In this document: in pieces, positions 36,548 through 45,332 of the stretch
How the letters are laid out: every line of letters starts with the position of its first letter
How positions within the stretch are numbered: the first letter of the stretch is position 1
NCBI GenBank assembly: GCA_036149055.1
Contig: JAYZQJ010000155.1
Span: forward strand, 37,954-101,953
DNA: 64,000 nt
Direction: 5' to 3'
DNA from: Myxococcota bacterium
GTDB taxonomy: Bacteria; Myxococcota_A; Polyangia; Polyangiales; Sandaracinaceae
Program-made: the position numbers and the translations under genes
The notes under the pieces: model-generated
The model's input: only the letters and a program-made list of their open reading frames with translations
Told to the model about the DNA's origin: nothing
Database searches by the model: none

Positions 36548-38406
36548 CGCCCCATGCGGAGGACGACGCGCCCGTTGGGGCCGGGGCGCCCGTCGGGGCC
36601 GCGGCGACCGTCGGGGCCGCGGACTCCGTCCCGACCGCGGCGGCCGGCCTCGAGGCTCACGCCGTCGCAGGTGGTGGAGGAGCCGCCAGCTCCGCCTCGC
36701 CCCGCGCGCCCGCCGGGGCCCGCCGCTCCGCCGACGCCGGCCGCGCCGCCCGGCGCCGCCAGGGTCGAGGCGACCGCCCGCCGCACCTGCCCGCAGTGCG
36801 CGCCGCGGCAGTGGAGGGTGGCGAGGACGAGGCCGCCGGGGCCGCCGTCTCCCGCCGGACCGCCGTCTCCGCCGGGGCCGCCGTTGCCGCCGTCCTGGCC
36901 GTCGGTGGCCGGACCGCTGCTGCAGCTCGCGTTGCGACCGGCGGCGCCGTCACGCCCGGGCCGACCCGCCGCGCCGGGCTCGCCGGGCATCCCGTCGCCG
37001 CCGGCCGCGACCACGCCGAAGCTCGTGACGTTGTCGTGATCGAGCACCGCGTAGATCGGCTGCCCCTCGCCGATGGTGTAGACCACGTTCGGTCCGTTGG
37101 CGTCGACCTCGACGTGCACCTCGGGACCGGGCTGGCCGTACCCCGGCTGGAAGATCACGGGGCCGGTGGTGCGGAAGCGCATGGCCCAGCGGACCTGCAC
37201 CACCTCCTGGCCGCGGAAGAGCACCGGCAGCGCGAACTCCTCGCCCTGCGCGAGCTGGAGCACGTGGTCCATGCCGATGGTCTCGGCGAAGCGGAAGGTG
37301 CCGTTCTGCTCGAGGGTCGCGAAGGGCACGCCGAGGCCCGCCTCCGCCGCGTCGATGCACGGCGAGACCTCGAACTCCTCCGGGTCGCCGCAGAGCGTGA
37401 TCGGCCGCTGGAACGCGCTCACGTGGAAGAGCAGGTGGCCGCGCAGGTCGATCGAGGGCACCACCGAGACGTTGTCCTCGGTGTCGCGGAAGCTGAGCAG
37501 ACGCGCCGCCTGCTGCCGCACGTTCTGCTCCACCACCAGGCCGCGGAACGCGAAGCCCTCGGCGTCGAAGGTGACCCGCTGGCCGGCGTCGGACGGGGAG
37601 ACCACGAACCGCCCCTGCTGCATCACCGCGTTCTCCACCTGGGCGGCGTGATCGCGGAGCTCCGCGTAGGGCGAGTGCTGGATCCGCAGCCGCACCAGGC
37701 GTCGGCGCGCCTCGGTGCGCATCCCCTCGTCGGGCATGCGGCGGCTGTAGAGGAGCAGCGGCTCCTCGTTGCCCTCCTGGAACATCCGGTCGAGGTCCGC
37801 CACCGCGACCGGCCGGCCGTCGGGGAGCAGGCCGCGCTCGAGGTAAAGCACCTCGACCAGGCGCTGGCGATAGATCTGGCCGGCCGCGCCGGTGGTCTCG
37901 TCGTGCTCCTGGAGCTGCACGATGACCTCGTCGATCGTCTCGGGGCTCGGGTCACGCCCGTTCGGGCGCTCGTCGTAGACCCGCCGCACGCTCTCGATCT
38001 GGGCGACGATCTGCGGGTCGTCGTCGAGCCGCGCGTAGGTGATGCGCTCGACGTAGCGCTCGAGCACCCGGTCCACGAGCACCGTGGCGATCTCGGGCGG
38101 CACGGCGTGGAGCAGCCCCTGCACGCACTGCTCCCACTTCTCGAGGTGCACGCCGCGGCCGACGCCGTCGACCACGTCCTCGAGGTCGCGCTCGGTGGTC
38201 AGCATCGCGTGGGTCCCGGTGCCCGTCGGGTTGCACAGGCTCGGGTCCGCGTCGCGCTGCCGGAGGTAGCTCACGACCGCGTCGCCGGTGTTGATGCGCG
38301 CGGCCGCCTCGGCGGTCAGCGGGAGCGGGTGGTTGGTGTGCCGGCGCGCGCGGGGCATGCAGCCCACGAGCGCGACCGCCGCGAGGAGGATCGTCAGCGC
38401 GCGCAT
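36544..38406 (-). CDS. Lipoprotein with C-terminal collagen-like Gly-X-Y segments
   Basis: Lipobox LVGC; 'GDGMPGEPGAAGRPGRDGAAGRN', 'GRRGRDGVRGPDGRRGPDGRPGPNG'. Confidence 0.8.
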   Translation of the reverse strand: MRALTILLAAVALVGCMPRARRHTNHPLPLTAEAAARINTGDAVVSYLRQRDADPSLCNPTGTGTHAMLTTERDLEDVVDGVGRGVHLEKWEQCVQGLLHAVPPEIATVLVDRVLERYVERITYARLDDDPQIVAQIESVRRVYDERPNGRDPSPETIDEVIVQLQEHDETTGAAGQIYRQRLVEVLYLERGLLPDGRPVAVADLDRMFQEGNEEPLLLYSRRMPDEGMRTEARRRLVRLRIQHSPYAELRDHAAQVENAVMQQGRFVVSPSDAGQRVTFDAEGFAFRGLVVEQNVRQQAARLLSFRDTEDNVSVVPSIDLRGHLLFHVSAFQRPITLCGDPEEFEVSPCIDAAEAGLGVPFATLEQNGTFRFAETIGMDHVLQLAQGEEFALPVLFRGQEVVQVRWAMRFRTTGPVIFQPGYGQPGPEVHVEVDANGPNVVYTIGEGQPIYAVLDHDNVTSFGVVAAGGDGMPGEPGAAGRPGRDGAAGRNASCSSGPATDGQDGGNGGPGGDGGPAGDGGPGGLVLATLHCRGAHCGQVRRAVASTLAAPGGAAGVGGAAGPGGRAGRGGAGGSSTTCDGVSLEAGRRGRDGVRGPDGRRGPDGRPGPNGRVVLRMGR

Positions 38407-38972
38407 CAGAAGGTCTCCAGCTGAACGGTGGCGCCGAGGTCCGCGCCGGGGGCGCCCGGCAGGAGCCGCACCGCGGCGGTCTCGAAGGGCGAGGCCTGCC
38501 CGACCGGGGCGTCGTAGACGAGGAAGAGGTCGGGGTTGAGCAGCCCGTAGACGCCGAAGACGATGCCCGCCGGCTGGAGCAGCCCGCCGATCACCATCAG
38601 CGCGGTGCCCGTGCCCTCGAGCGGCTGGCCGCCGGAGACGTTCGCGATCGCGAGCCAGGGGCCCACGATCGGCACCGCCGCGATCTCCTGACCGCCGGCG
38701 TAGAGCAGCGTGAGCACGTAGCCGCCGGCGAAGCCGCCGACGCCCATCCAGACGAAGGGGCTGATGCTCCCGTCGACCTGGGCGCCGGGCCGAACCGGGC
38801 CGCCGAAGTAGCGGTCACGCCGCTCCTCCCACTGCACGTCGTCCCGGCCGCCGGCCGCGGGCATCGCCTCCACGGTCGCGGACGCCTGGATCTCCACCTG
38901 CGCGCTCGCCCGACTCGTCGGGGCGCACGCCACCATCGCCGCCAGAAGGGCGGCCACCGTCATCGTCCTCAT
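38406..38972 (-). CDS. Hypothetical exported/membrane protein
   Basis: Signal peptide; 'VPIVGPWLA' hydrophobic hairpin common in myxobacterial proteins; TGATG coupling. Confidence 0.65.
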   Translation of the reverse strand: MRTMTVAALLAAMVACAPTSRASAQVEIQASATVEAMPAAGGRDDVQWEERRDRYFGGPVRPGAQVDGSISPFVWMGVGGFAGGYVLTLLYAGGQEIAAVPIVGPWLAIANVSGGQPLEGTGTALMVIGGLLQPAGIVFGVYGLLNPDLFLVYDAPVGQASPFETAAVRLLPGAPGADLGATVQLETF

Positions 38973-39073
38973 TCTGCTCTCCAGCCTCGTGGGAAACGCT
39001 GGCGTAGGGGGAGGTACGCCGAAGCTCTCGCCGCGACATACGGCGCTCGCCCCGGATCTCTCCCTCTCGCCCT

Positions 39074-39748
39074 TCAGCGCGTGACTTCGAGGCGGTAGGT
39101 GCCGCAGTCGGGCGCGGTGGTCGGGTAGACCCGGATCCAGACGGTCGAGGGCCAGGGCGCGTCGCGGCTGGAGAGGGCGCCGTCGCCCTCGTCGCCCGCG
39201 GTCACGGTGTCGGTGAAGGACCACTCGGTGATGTTCGTCGCGCTCCCGGGCGCCGACGGGCTGCCGCCCTCCCCGCAGCCGGCGACGGTGCCGCACGAGG
39301 TCCGGATCTCGAAGCGGTAGGCGTCGCCGCCGTTGTCCGAGAAGCGGATGGAGGGGGTGCCCACGCCGGCCATCGAGGGAGGCCCCGCGTCGGGCACGCC
39401 GCCGTCCCCGCTCGGGGCGCCGGCGTCCGCCGGCATCGCGCTCTCGGGCGGGAAGTCGACCCGGAGCCACTGCGAGACCCCCACCCGACCGATGAGCCCC
39501 TCGTCCGACTCGACCCGCGCGCCGACCGCGACCGGCCCGAGCGACGCCGCGCTCTCGCAGTCCGCGCCGCCGCCGCGCTCGTCGCAGCCGCCCCCGCCGC
39601 CGCCGTCCCGGCGGGTCGTCGTGCCGCTGTCGCGCGGGGTGAGGGTGCCGCCGTCGGCGTCGCCATCTCCGCCGCGCGCGCAGCCCGCCAGCAGGACGAG
39701 CGCCAGCCAGCAGCAGGTCCCAACCCTCTGGCGCGTCCGGGGAAGCAT
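39074..39748 (-). CDS. Hypothetical lipoprotein (PPC-like beta-sandwich C-terminus)
   Basis: Lipobox LLAGC; 'VWIRVYP...CGTYRLEVTR'. Confidence 0.65.
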   Translation of the reverse strand: MLPRTRQRVGTCCWLALVLLAGCARGGDGDADGGTLTPRDSGTTTRRDGGGGGGCDERGGGADCESAASLGPVAVGARVESDEGLIGRVGVSQWLRVDFPPESAMPADAGAPSGDGGVPDAGPPSMAGVGTPSIRFSDNGGDAYRFEIRTSCGTVAGCGEGGSPSAPGSATNITEWSFTDTVTAGDEGDGALSSRDAPWPSTVWIRVYPTTAPDCGTYRLEVTR

Positions 39749-39831
39749 CGGCTCAACCTACCAGGAATGCCCCGGCCGGTCAGCCCACGCGGTCGGATTG
39801 ACGGCCTGCGGGGCCGCCGTATGAGATCGGA

Positions 39832-40101
39832 ATGAGCGTGGACATGACCTGGTTCGTGAGAAGCGCCCTCTCTTCCCTCTTCCTCTGGGCCTGCGGTGGC
39901 GACGTGCCCGGCCCGATCGACGGCGGGGACCCCGACGCGGGGATCCACGCCGACGCGGAGCCTCCGGACGGCGGCTGCCCGGCGCGCGCGAGCGGCAGGC
40001 TGGGCCCCGGCGGCGGCACCCTCGTGCACTGCGACGGAGCCCGCCTCGAGGTGCCGCCGGGCGCGCTGGCCGCGGAGACCGAGCTGTCGCCCGAAGTCTA
40101 G
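39832..40101 (+). pseudogene. Short lipoprotein ORF ending within a ZU5-like motif; possibly truncated
   Basis: Lipobox LWAC; 'LGPGGGTLV..DGARLEVPPGAL' then stop in CTAG shared with the convergent gene. Confidence 0.4.
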
Positions 40102-40904
40102 TCGGCGCAGCAGCGGAAGCCGACCGCCTGGACGCGGCGCATGCGGGGCCAGCGGAGGTCGCGACCCATCGCGCAGCGGAGCCCGTGCGCGTTGTGCTCG
40201 AACGAGCCACCTCGGATGCGGCAGCCGTCCCCGGGCGCGTCACCCTCGCAGGCGCCGTCCCACTCGGCCGCGTGACCGCTGAGGTCCATCACCTCCGCGT
40301 ACGGGGCGTCGGGCGAGCGGCAGCCGGTGAAGCTGCCGACGTCGTCGAAGCCCCAGGTCGTGTAGTCCTCGGCGTCTCCGCCGCGGCAGACCGCGGTGTC
40401 GAGGGTGTCGCCGTAGGGGTAGTCGTAGCGCCCGCCGGAGGTACAGGCGGCGTGCCACTCGCTGACGGCCGGGTCGTCGTAGCCGTCCGGCGCGTAGTCG
40501 CCGCCGCCGATCCGTCCGCAGAGGCGCTTGCCGGCGGCGGCGCAGAACGCCTGCGCGTCGCACCAGTCCACGCAGACCACCGGCTGGTCGGCGTTGCCCC
40601 CCGGCGGCCAGTGGCAGGAGGGGGTCAGGTCGTCGTTCTCGGCGCAGGCGCCGCTCCGGTCGACGTCGGGGCTGGTGTCGAGCCACGCCTCGTACTGTCC
40701 GCGGGTGACCTCGGTGGTGTCGATGCAGAAGCCCTCGGGCAGTCGCGCCATCTCGGGCCCCATGCCGGAGGGACACGAGCCCTGCCCCGGAGGCTGGTGC
40801 GGCTCGGGCTCGATGAGGACGCGCTCGTCGCCACCGCGCGTGAAGAGGACGCCGAGCGTCGCCGCGAGCGCGGCCACGCCGATCCATGCGATTCGTCGAC
40901 GCAT
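40098..40904 (-). CDS. SUMF1/EgtB/PvdO (formylglycine-generating enzyme family) domain protein
   Basis: 'CPSGM', 'FCIDTTEVT', 'PVVCVDWCDAQAFC...GKRLC', 'DLSGHAAEW', 'RGGSF', 'GFRCC'. Confidence 0.9.
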   Translation of the reverse strand: MRRRIAWIGVAALAATLGVLFTRGGDERVLIEPEPHQPPGQGSCPSGMGPEMARLPEGFCIDTTEVTRGQYEAWLDTSPDVDRSGACAENDDLTPSCHWPPGGNADQPVVCVDWCDAQAFCAAAGKRLCGRIGGGDYAPDGYDDPAVSEWHAACTSGGRYDYPYGDTLDTAVCRGGDAEDYTTWGFDDVGSFTGCRSPDAPYAEVMDLSGHAAEWDGACEGDAPGDGCRIRGGSFEHNAHGLRCAMGRDLRWPRMRRVQAVGFRCCAD

Positions 40905-42415
40905 CACCAGAACACCGGGGACGAGTTGCGGTAGGGGGCGTCGTCGGCCATCGGGAAGTGCACCTCGATGTCATCGGCGACAGGGAAGCCCTCGGTCCGG
41001 TTGAGCACGTTCCCCTCCGCGACCCCGGCGACGTGCCAGAGCTTGTAGTTCTCGCGCGCCGTCCGGTTGATGCGGTTGTTCTCGAGCCGGGTGCAGGAGA
41101 GCTGGAGCCCGAGGATCATGCCCTCGTAGAGGGTGTTGTCGGCGATCACCGTCCGGCTGTTGTGGACCATGTGGATGCCGGCGTCGTGGAAGACGTTGCG
41201 CGCGATGTAGTTGCCGACCGGGTTCTCGCGGGTGGGCCCGTCGCGACGGGTGTAACCGATGATGCCCCAGTGGCCGTTCACCGTGCGCATCGACATGCGA
41301 ACGACGTTGTCGACGATCACGTTGTCGGTCTCCTTCCAGATCACGATCGGCCCGTCGACCTGCTCCTCGAGCTCGCAGGGGAGGCTCGGGTCGTACACGC
41401 CGTCGGCGTCGGTCTGGCACTGCGTCATGGTGTTGCTCTCGATCCAGACGTTCCGGCCGGTCGAGGTGACGATGTCGCCGCCCGCGTTGTGATCGAAGAC
41501 GTTGCGCGAGATGAGGATGTCGCGGTCGGTCCGGCCGGCGCCCTCGATGTCGACCCCGAACTGCGGCGCGGTGCCCTCGATGTGGTGGATGTGGTTGCGC
41601 TCCACCACCACGTGGTGCGCGCCGACGATCGAGACGCCCTGGCGACGGTTGTGGTGGATGTCGTTGTCGCGGATCGTGATGTGCGTGCTCGGCGCCTCGG
41701 GCATGCCGTCGCTCTCGCGTCGGCCCACGATGAGCACGCCGTCCCCGGTCAGCTCGTGGAGCTCCATGCCCTCGATGAGCACGTGGCTGACCGCCGTCCA
41801 CACGCAGACGCCGTGCCCCTCGTCGTGCGCGGTGCCGCCGGCGTAGGTGTGATCGGCGCGGTCGCCGCGGATCTCGCCGCCCCGGATCGTGATCTCGTCG
41901 TTCCCATCGACGCTGATCACGCAGTAGTTGTGACGATCGTTCGGCGCCATCTCGAGCACCGCCCCCTCGGACAGCTCGAAGGTGATCCCGCCCGGCAGCT
42001 CGATGCCCGCCGCGTACACGTCGTTGGTCGGCTCGCCGACGAGGTAGGTGCCCGGCGGGACGACGATGTGGTCGTAGCCCTCGCCCTTGGCCCAGGCGAT
42101 GGCCTCGTTCATCCGGGCGCGCGTCTCGACCGGGTCGCGCCGGTCGTTGGCGATGGCCCACCGCTCGAGCTCGAGCTCGTAGCGGTTCGAGCGCGTCGGC
42201 GGCAGCTCCGCGGTCGGCCGCTCGCCGCGCTCCCACGCGCACTCACCGCTCCCCGGGATCGGCGGCAGCGGCCCTCCGTCGCGGGGCGCCGCGTCCCGGA
42301 TCACCTGGGCGTCGCACGGGACGGTGTCTCCCCCGTCGCCGCCCTCCCCCTGCTCGTCGCACGCGCTCAGGCTCATCGCGCCGAGCGCCAGCGCGAGCGT
42401 CCACGTCCTCGTCAT
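40904..42415 (-). CDS. Lipoprotein with right-handed beta-helix (pectate-lyase-like) domain
   Basis: Lipobox LSAC; 'VVPPGTYLV', 'GHGV', 'GDGV', 'NRRQGVSI', 'GTAPQFGVDIE'. Confidence 0.85.
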   Translation of the reverse strand: MTRTWTLALALGAMSLSACDEQGEGGDGGDTVPCDAQVIRDAAPRDGGPLPPIPGSGECAWERGERPTAELPPTRSNRYELELERWAIANDRRDPVETRARMNEAIAWAKGEGYDHIVVPPGTYLVGEPTNDVYAAGIELPGGITFELSEGAVLEMAPNDRHNYCVISVDGNDEITIRGGEIRGDRADHTYAGGTAHDEGHGVCVWTAVSHVLIEGMELHELTGDGVLIVGRRESDGMPEAPSTHITIRDNDIHHNRRQGVSIVGAHHVVVERNHIHHIEGTAPQFGVDIEGAGRTDRDILISRNVFDHNAGGDIVTSTGRNVWIESNTMTQCQTDADGVYDPSLPCELEEQVDGPIVIWKETDNVIVDNVVRMSMRTVNGHWGIIGYTRRDGPTRENPVGNYIARNVFHDAGIHMVHNSRTVIADNTLYEGMILGLQLSCTRLENNRINRTARENYKLWHVAGVAEGNVLNRTEGFPVADDIEVHFPMADDAPYRNSSPVFW

Positions 42416-42551
42416 TCGGCCTCTCCGCGCTCAGCCTACGCCCCACGCGCGACTTCCCCGAGCCGGCCGAATCATACACCGTACGATTCCCGCCGCCGTC
42501 GTTCGCGTACCCTTCCCTCGCGCGCGGTGCGCACGTGAGGGGAGGTTCGAA

Positions 42552-43406
42552 ATGAAGGTGAGCTTCGACATCGGTGGGGACCTCGCGGTCTCGCGGCTCG
42601 GGTTCGGCGCGATGCGGATCACGGGCGAGGGGATCTGGGGTTGGCCGAAAGACCGTGAGGCGGCGAAGCGGCTGGTGCGGCGCGCGGTGGACCTCGGCGT
42701 GAGCCTGATCGACACCGCGGACGCCTACGGGCCGGAGACCAGCGAGTATCTGCTCGCCGAGGCCCTGCACCCGTACGACGGCCTCGTGATCGCGACCAAG
42801 GGCGGGCTCGAGCGGCGCGGGCCGGGGGAGTGGTCGACCAACGGGCGCCCCGAGCACCTCGAGATCGCGTGCAACAACTCGCTGCGGCGACTCGAGGTGG
42901 AGCGCATCGACCTCTACCAGCTGCACGCCATCGACGACGACGTGCCGCTCGAGGAGTCGGTGGGCGCGCTGGTCGACCTCCAGAAGGAGGGCAAGATCCG
43001 CCACATCGGCGTGTCCAACTTCCCGGTCCCGGCGCTCGAGCGGGCCCGCGCGATCGCCGACGTGGTCACCGTCCAGAACCGCTACAACCTCTCCGACCGC
43101 AAGCACGAGGCGGTGGTCGACTACTGCGAGGCGCACGGCATCGGCTTCATCCCGTGGTACCCGCTCGCGACCGGGGAGCTGACCCAGCACGAGACGCTGA
43201 AGGAGATGGCGACGAAGTACGACGCCTCCGCCGGCCAGCTCGCCCTCGCCTGGCTGCTCCGTCGCGCCCCCGTGGTCCTCCCGATCCCCGGCACCTCGTC
43301 GGTCGCGCACCTCGAAGAGAACGTCGCCGCCCGAGACCTCGCGCTCGACGACGAGGACTTCGACCGACTCTCCGCGCTGTCGGCGCCCGCGACCAACGAA
43401 GACTGA
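42552..43406 (+). CDS. Aldo/keto reductase
   Basis: RLGFGAMRITG, IDTADAYG, ATKGG, IDLYQLH, GKIRHIGVSN, PIPGT; GGAGG RBS at 42541. Confidence 0.95.
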   Translation: MKVSFDIGGDLAVSRLGFGAMRITGEGIWGWPKDREAAKRLVRRAVDLGVSLIDTADAYGPETSEYLLAEALHPYDGLVIATKGGLERRGPGEWSTNGRPEHLEIACNNSLRRLEVERIDLYQLHAIDDDVPLEESVGALVDLQKEGKIRHIGVSNFPVPALERARAIADVVTVQNRYNLSDRKHEAVVDYCEAHGIGFIPWYPLATGELTQHETLKEMATKYDASAGQLALAWLLRRAPVVLPIPGTSSVAHLEENVAARDLALDDEDFDRLSALSAPATNED

Positions 43407-43472
43407 GGCCCAAGGACTCGCGCGCCCCGGGGTCGGTGTCCTCCGGTAGACTCGGAGAGGGAGGAAGACACC

Positions 43473-44045
43473 ATGCGAAGGATCGACCGAATCCTTGCCC
43501 TCGCGACCCTCGCAACGATGGTCGTGGCCTGCGGCGGCGCGACCGAGTCCTCGGCGAGCGCGCCTCCGGACAGCGCGGGCGGAGAGGCCGCGCCGAGCGC
43601 CTTCGAAGCCGCGCTGGCCGCCGCGGTGGTGCCCGAGGCCGCGGCGCCCGAGGGGTTCCGGGTCGGCTCATCGACCCGCTCGGGAGGTTGCACCATCCCC
43701 TGCGGCGAGAGCGGGCTCGGTGGGCAAGGCCCGGTGATCGTGGTCACCCCCACCGACGACCCGACCTATGGCTACACCCAGGCCAACCCCATCCGCGTGG
43801 GCGGCGTCTCCGGGTACCACGAGGAGCGATACCTCCGGGGGCTCTGGGGCCCCGACGGTCAGCCCATCCGGTTCGAGCGGCTCGGGAGCTGCTGCCCGAT
43901 GCCGGAGGGGGGCCTGCTCGACGCGCTCGTGGTGCACTACGAGGGGCTCGGCGACCCGGTCGTCCTCTTCCTCGACGCCTATCACACGGGGCCCCTCTAC
44001 GTCCCCGTGGGCTTCACCGGCGCGCCCGCGCGAGGTGAGCGATGA
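43473..44045 (+). CDS. Conserved hypothetical lipoprotein
   Basis: Lipobox VVAC; 'YGYTQANPIRVGG...YLRGLWGPDGQPIRFERLGSCC...GLLD'; GGAGG RBS. Confidence 0.75.
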   Translation: MRRIDRILALATLATMVVACGGATESSASAPPDSAGGEAAPSAFEAALAAAVVPEAAAPEGFRVGSSTRSGGCTIPCGESGLGGQGPVIVVTPTDDPTYGYTQANPIRVGGVSGYHEERYLRGLWGPDGQPIRFERLGSCCPMPEGGLLDALVVHYEGLGDPVVLFLDAYHTGPLYVPVGFTGAPARGER

Positions 44046-45184
44046 AGCGCGGCTGGTTTCTCGCGGCGCTGATCGCGCTCCCGGGGATCGCTCGCGCCCA
44101 GGACTGCCCGAGCGGCGACATGGACGGCTGCGTGGCCGACGCGCTCGAGGCCGCGGACGACGAGGCGACGGCCGCCGAGGCGCGGGCGCGTCTGCAGGGG
44201 TGGTGCGAGGACGGCGGAGAGGCGGAGGCGTGCTGGGGTCTGGCTCACCTCCTCGCGCGCGGTCAGGGCGGAGACCCGGACGACGCGCGCGCGGGCGAGC
44301 TCTTCACGCGCGGCTGCGACGGCGGTCACGGCAAGAGCTGCCTGGAGCTCGGGATCCGCGCCGAGCGCGCCGAGGACGGCGAGGCGGGCTTGCGCACCTC
44401 GATCCCGTTCTTCGAGCGGGCGTGTCGCGCCGCCTACGGGCGGGGTTGCGAATACGCGGCCGACAACCTCCTGCACGTCGACGCGGGGGAAGACGCGATT
44501 CGGCGCGGCGTCGAGCTGTTCGGGCGCGCGTGCGAGCTCGACGGAGGCGCCCGGGCGTGCGGGCTCGCCGCCGTGTACCGACGCGGCCTCGACGCCGAGC
44601 CGCGGGGGCCGGACGAGACGAACGACGCGCTGCGCGCGGAGTGCGAAGGGGGCTCGATGGAGGCGTGCGACCGCGTCGGCGCGCGACTCCTGGTGGGACA
44701 CGCCCTCGAGCGCTCCATCTCGGAGGGCATCGCCCTGCTCCGCCGCGCGTGCGCCGGCGGCCTCCCGCGCGCTTGCTACCGCCTCGGCCGCGCCTTCGAC
44801 GCGGGTCTCGGGGTGGAGCGCAGCGAGACGCACGCGCGCGCCCTGCTCGGTCACGCCTGCGAGGCGGGTCACGCCGCGGCGTGCGGCGCGCGGGCCAGCC
44901 TGGAGCCCGACGCGGCGCGCCGGGAGCGCCTCCTCGCCCGGGCGTGCGAGGGCGGCGACGGCGCCCCGTGCGTTCAGCTGGCCGCGCCCGACTACGAAGC
45001 GCAGCGCCACGCGGAGGCCTACCCGCGCCTCGAGCGCGCGTGCGCCGCCGGTCACGCGATCGCCTGTCGCTTCCAGGGCATCATGCTGTACTACGGCCGC
45101 GGGACGGCGGCGGACCCGGCACGGGGCGGTCGGCTGGTCGGCGACGCGTGCGCCATGGGAGACGGCGGCGCCTGCCCGCGGTGA
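44042..45184 (+). CDS. Secreted cysteine-rich Sel1-like repeat protein (HcpA-like)
   Basis: Signal peptide; repeated '(R)AC..G...AC..LG' units. Confidence 0.85.
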   Translation: MKRGWFLAALIALPGIARAQDCPSGDMDGCVADALEAADDEATAAEARARLQGWCEDGGEAEACWGLAHLLARGQGGDPDDARAGELFTRGCDGGHGKSCLELGIRAERAEDGEAGLRTSIPFFERACRAAYGRGCEYAADNLLHVDAGEDAIRRGVELFGRACELDGGARACGLAAVYRRGLDAEPRGPDETNDALRAECEGGSMEACDRVGARLLVGHALERSISEGIALLRRACAGGLPRACYRLGRAFDAGLGVERSETHARALLGHACEAGHAAACGARASLEPDAARRERLLARACEGGDGAPCVQLAAPDYEAQRHAEAYPRLERACAAGHAIACRFQGIMLYYGRGTAADPARGGRLVGDACAMGDGGACPR

Positions 45185-45230
45185 CCGCACGCAACCGTCC
45201 TCTCCGACGCGCGATGACGCCCGCATGAAG

Positions 45231-45332
45231 GAGAACCACTGAGATGGCGCGGCTCCTCGGACAGCTCCGATGCGGCGGGTGTCGACACGTCTTCTGGCCG
45301 GACCGCGACCAGGCGACGGCGACCTTCGTGCC
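45231..45332 (+). repeat. 102-bp direct repeat, copy 1 (RBS region plus first ~30 codons)
   Basis: GAGAACCACTGAGATGGCGCGG...GACCTTCGTGCC; identical to copy 3. Confidence 0.95.

Noticed and set aside
43435..43472. Possible anti-SD hairpin (GGTGTC/GACACC, CCTCC/GGAGG) before the lipoprotein gene
   Set aside because: Short GC-rich pairing; a TAGACT -10-like box inside it suggests the 5' arm may not be transcribed
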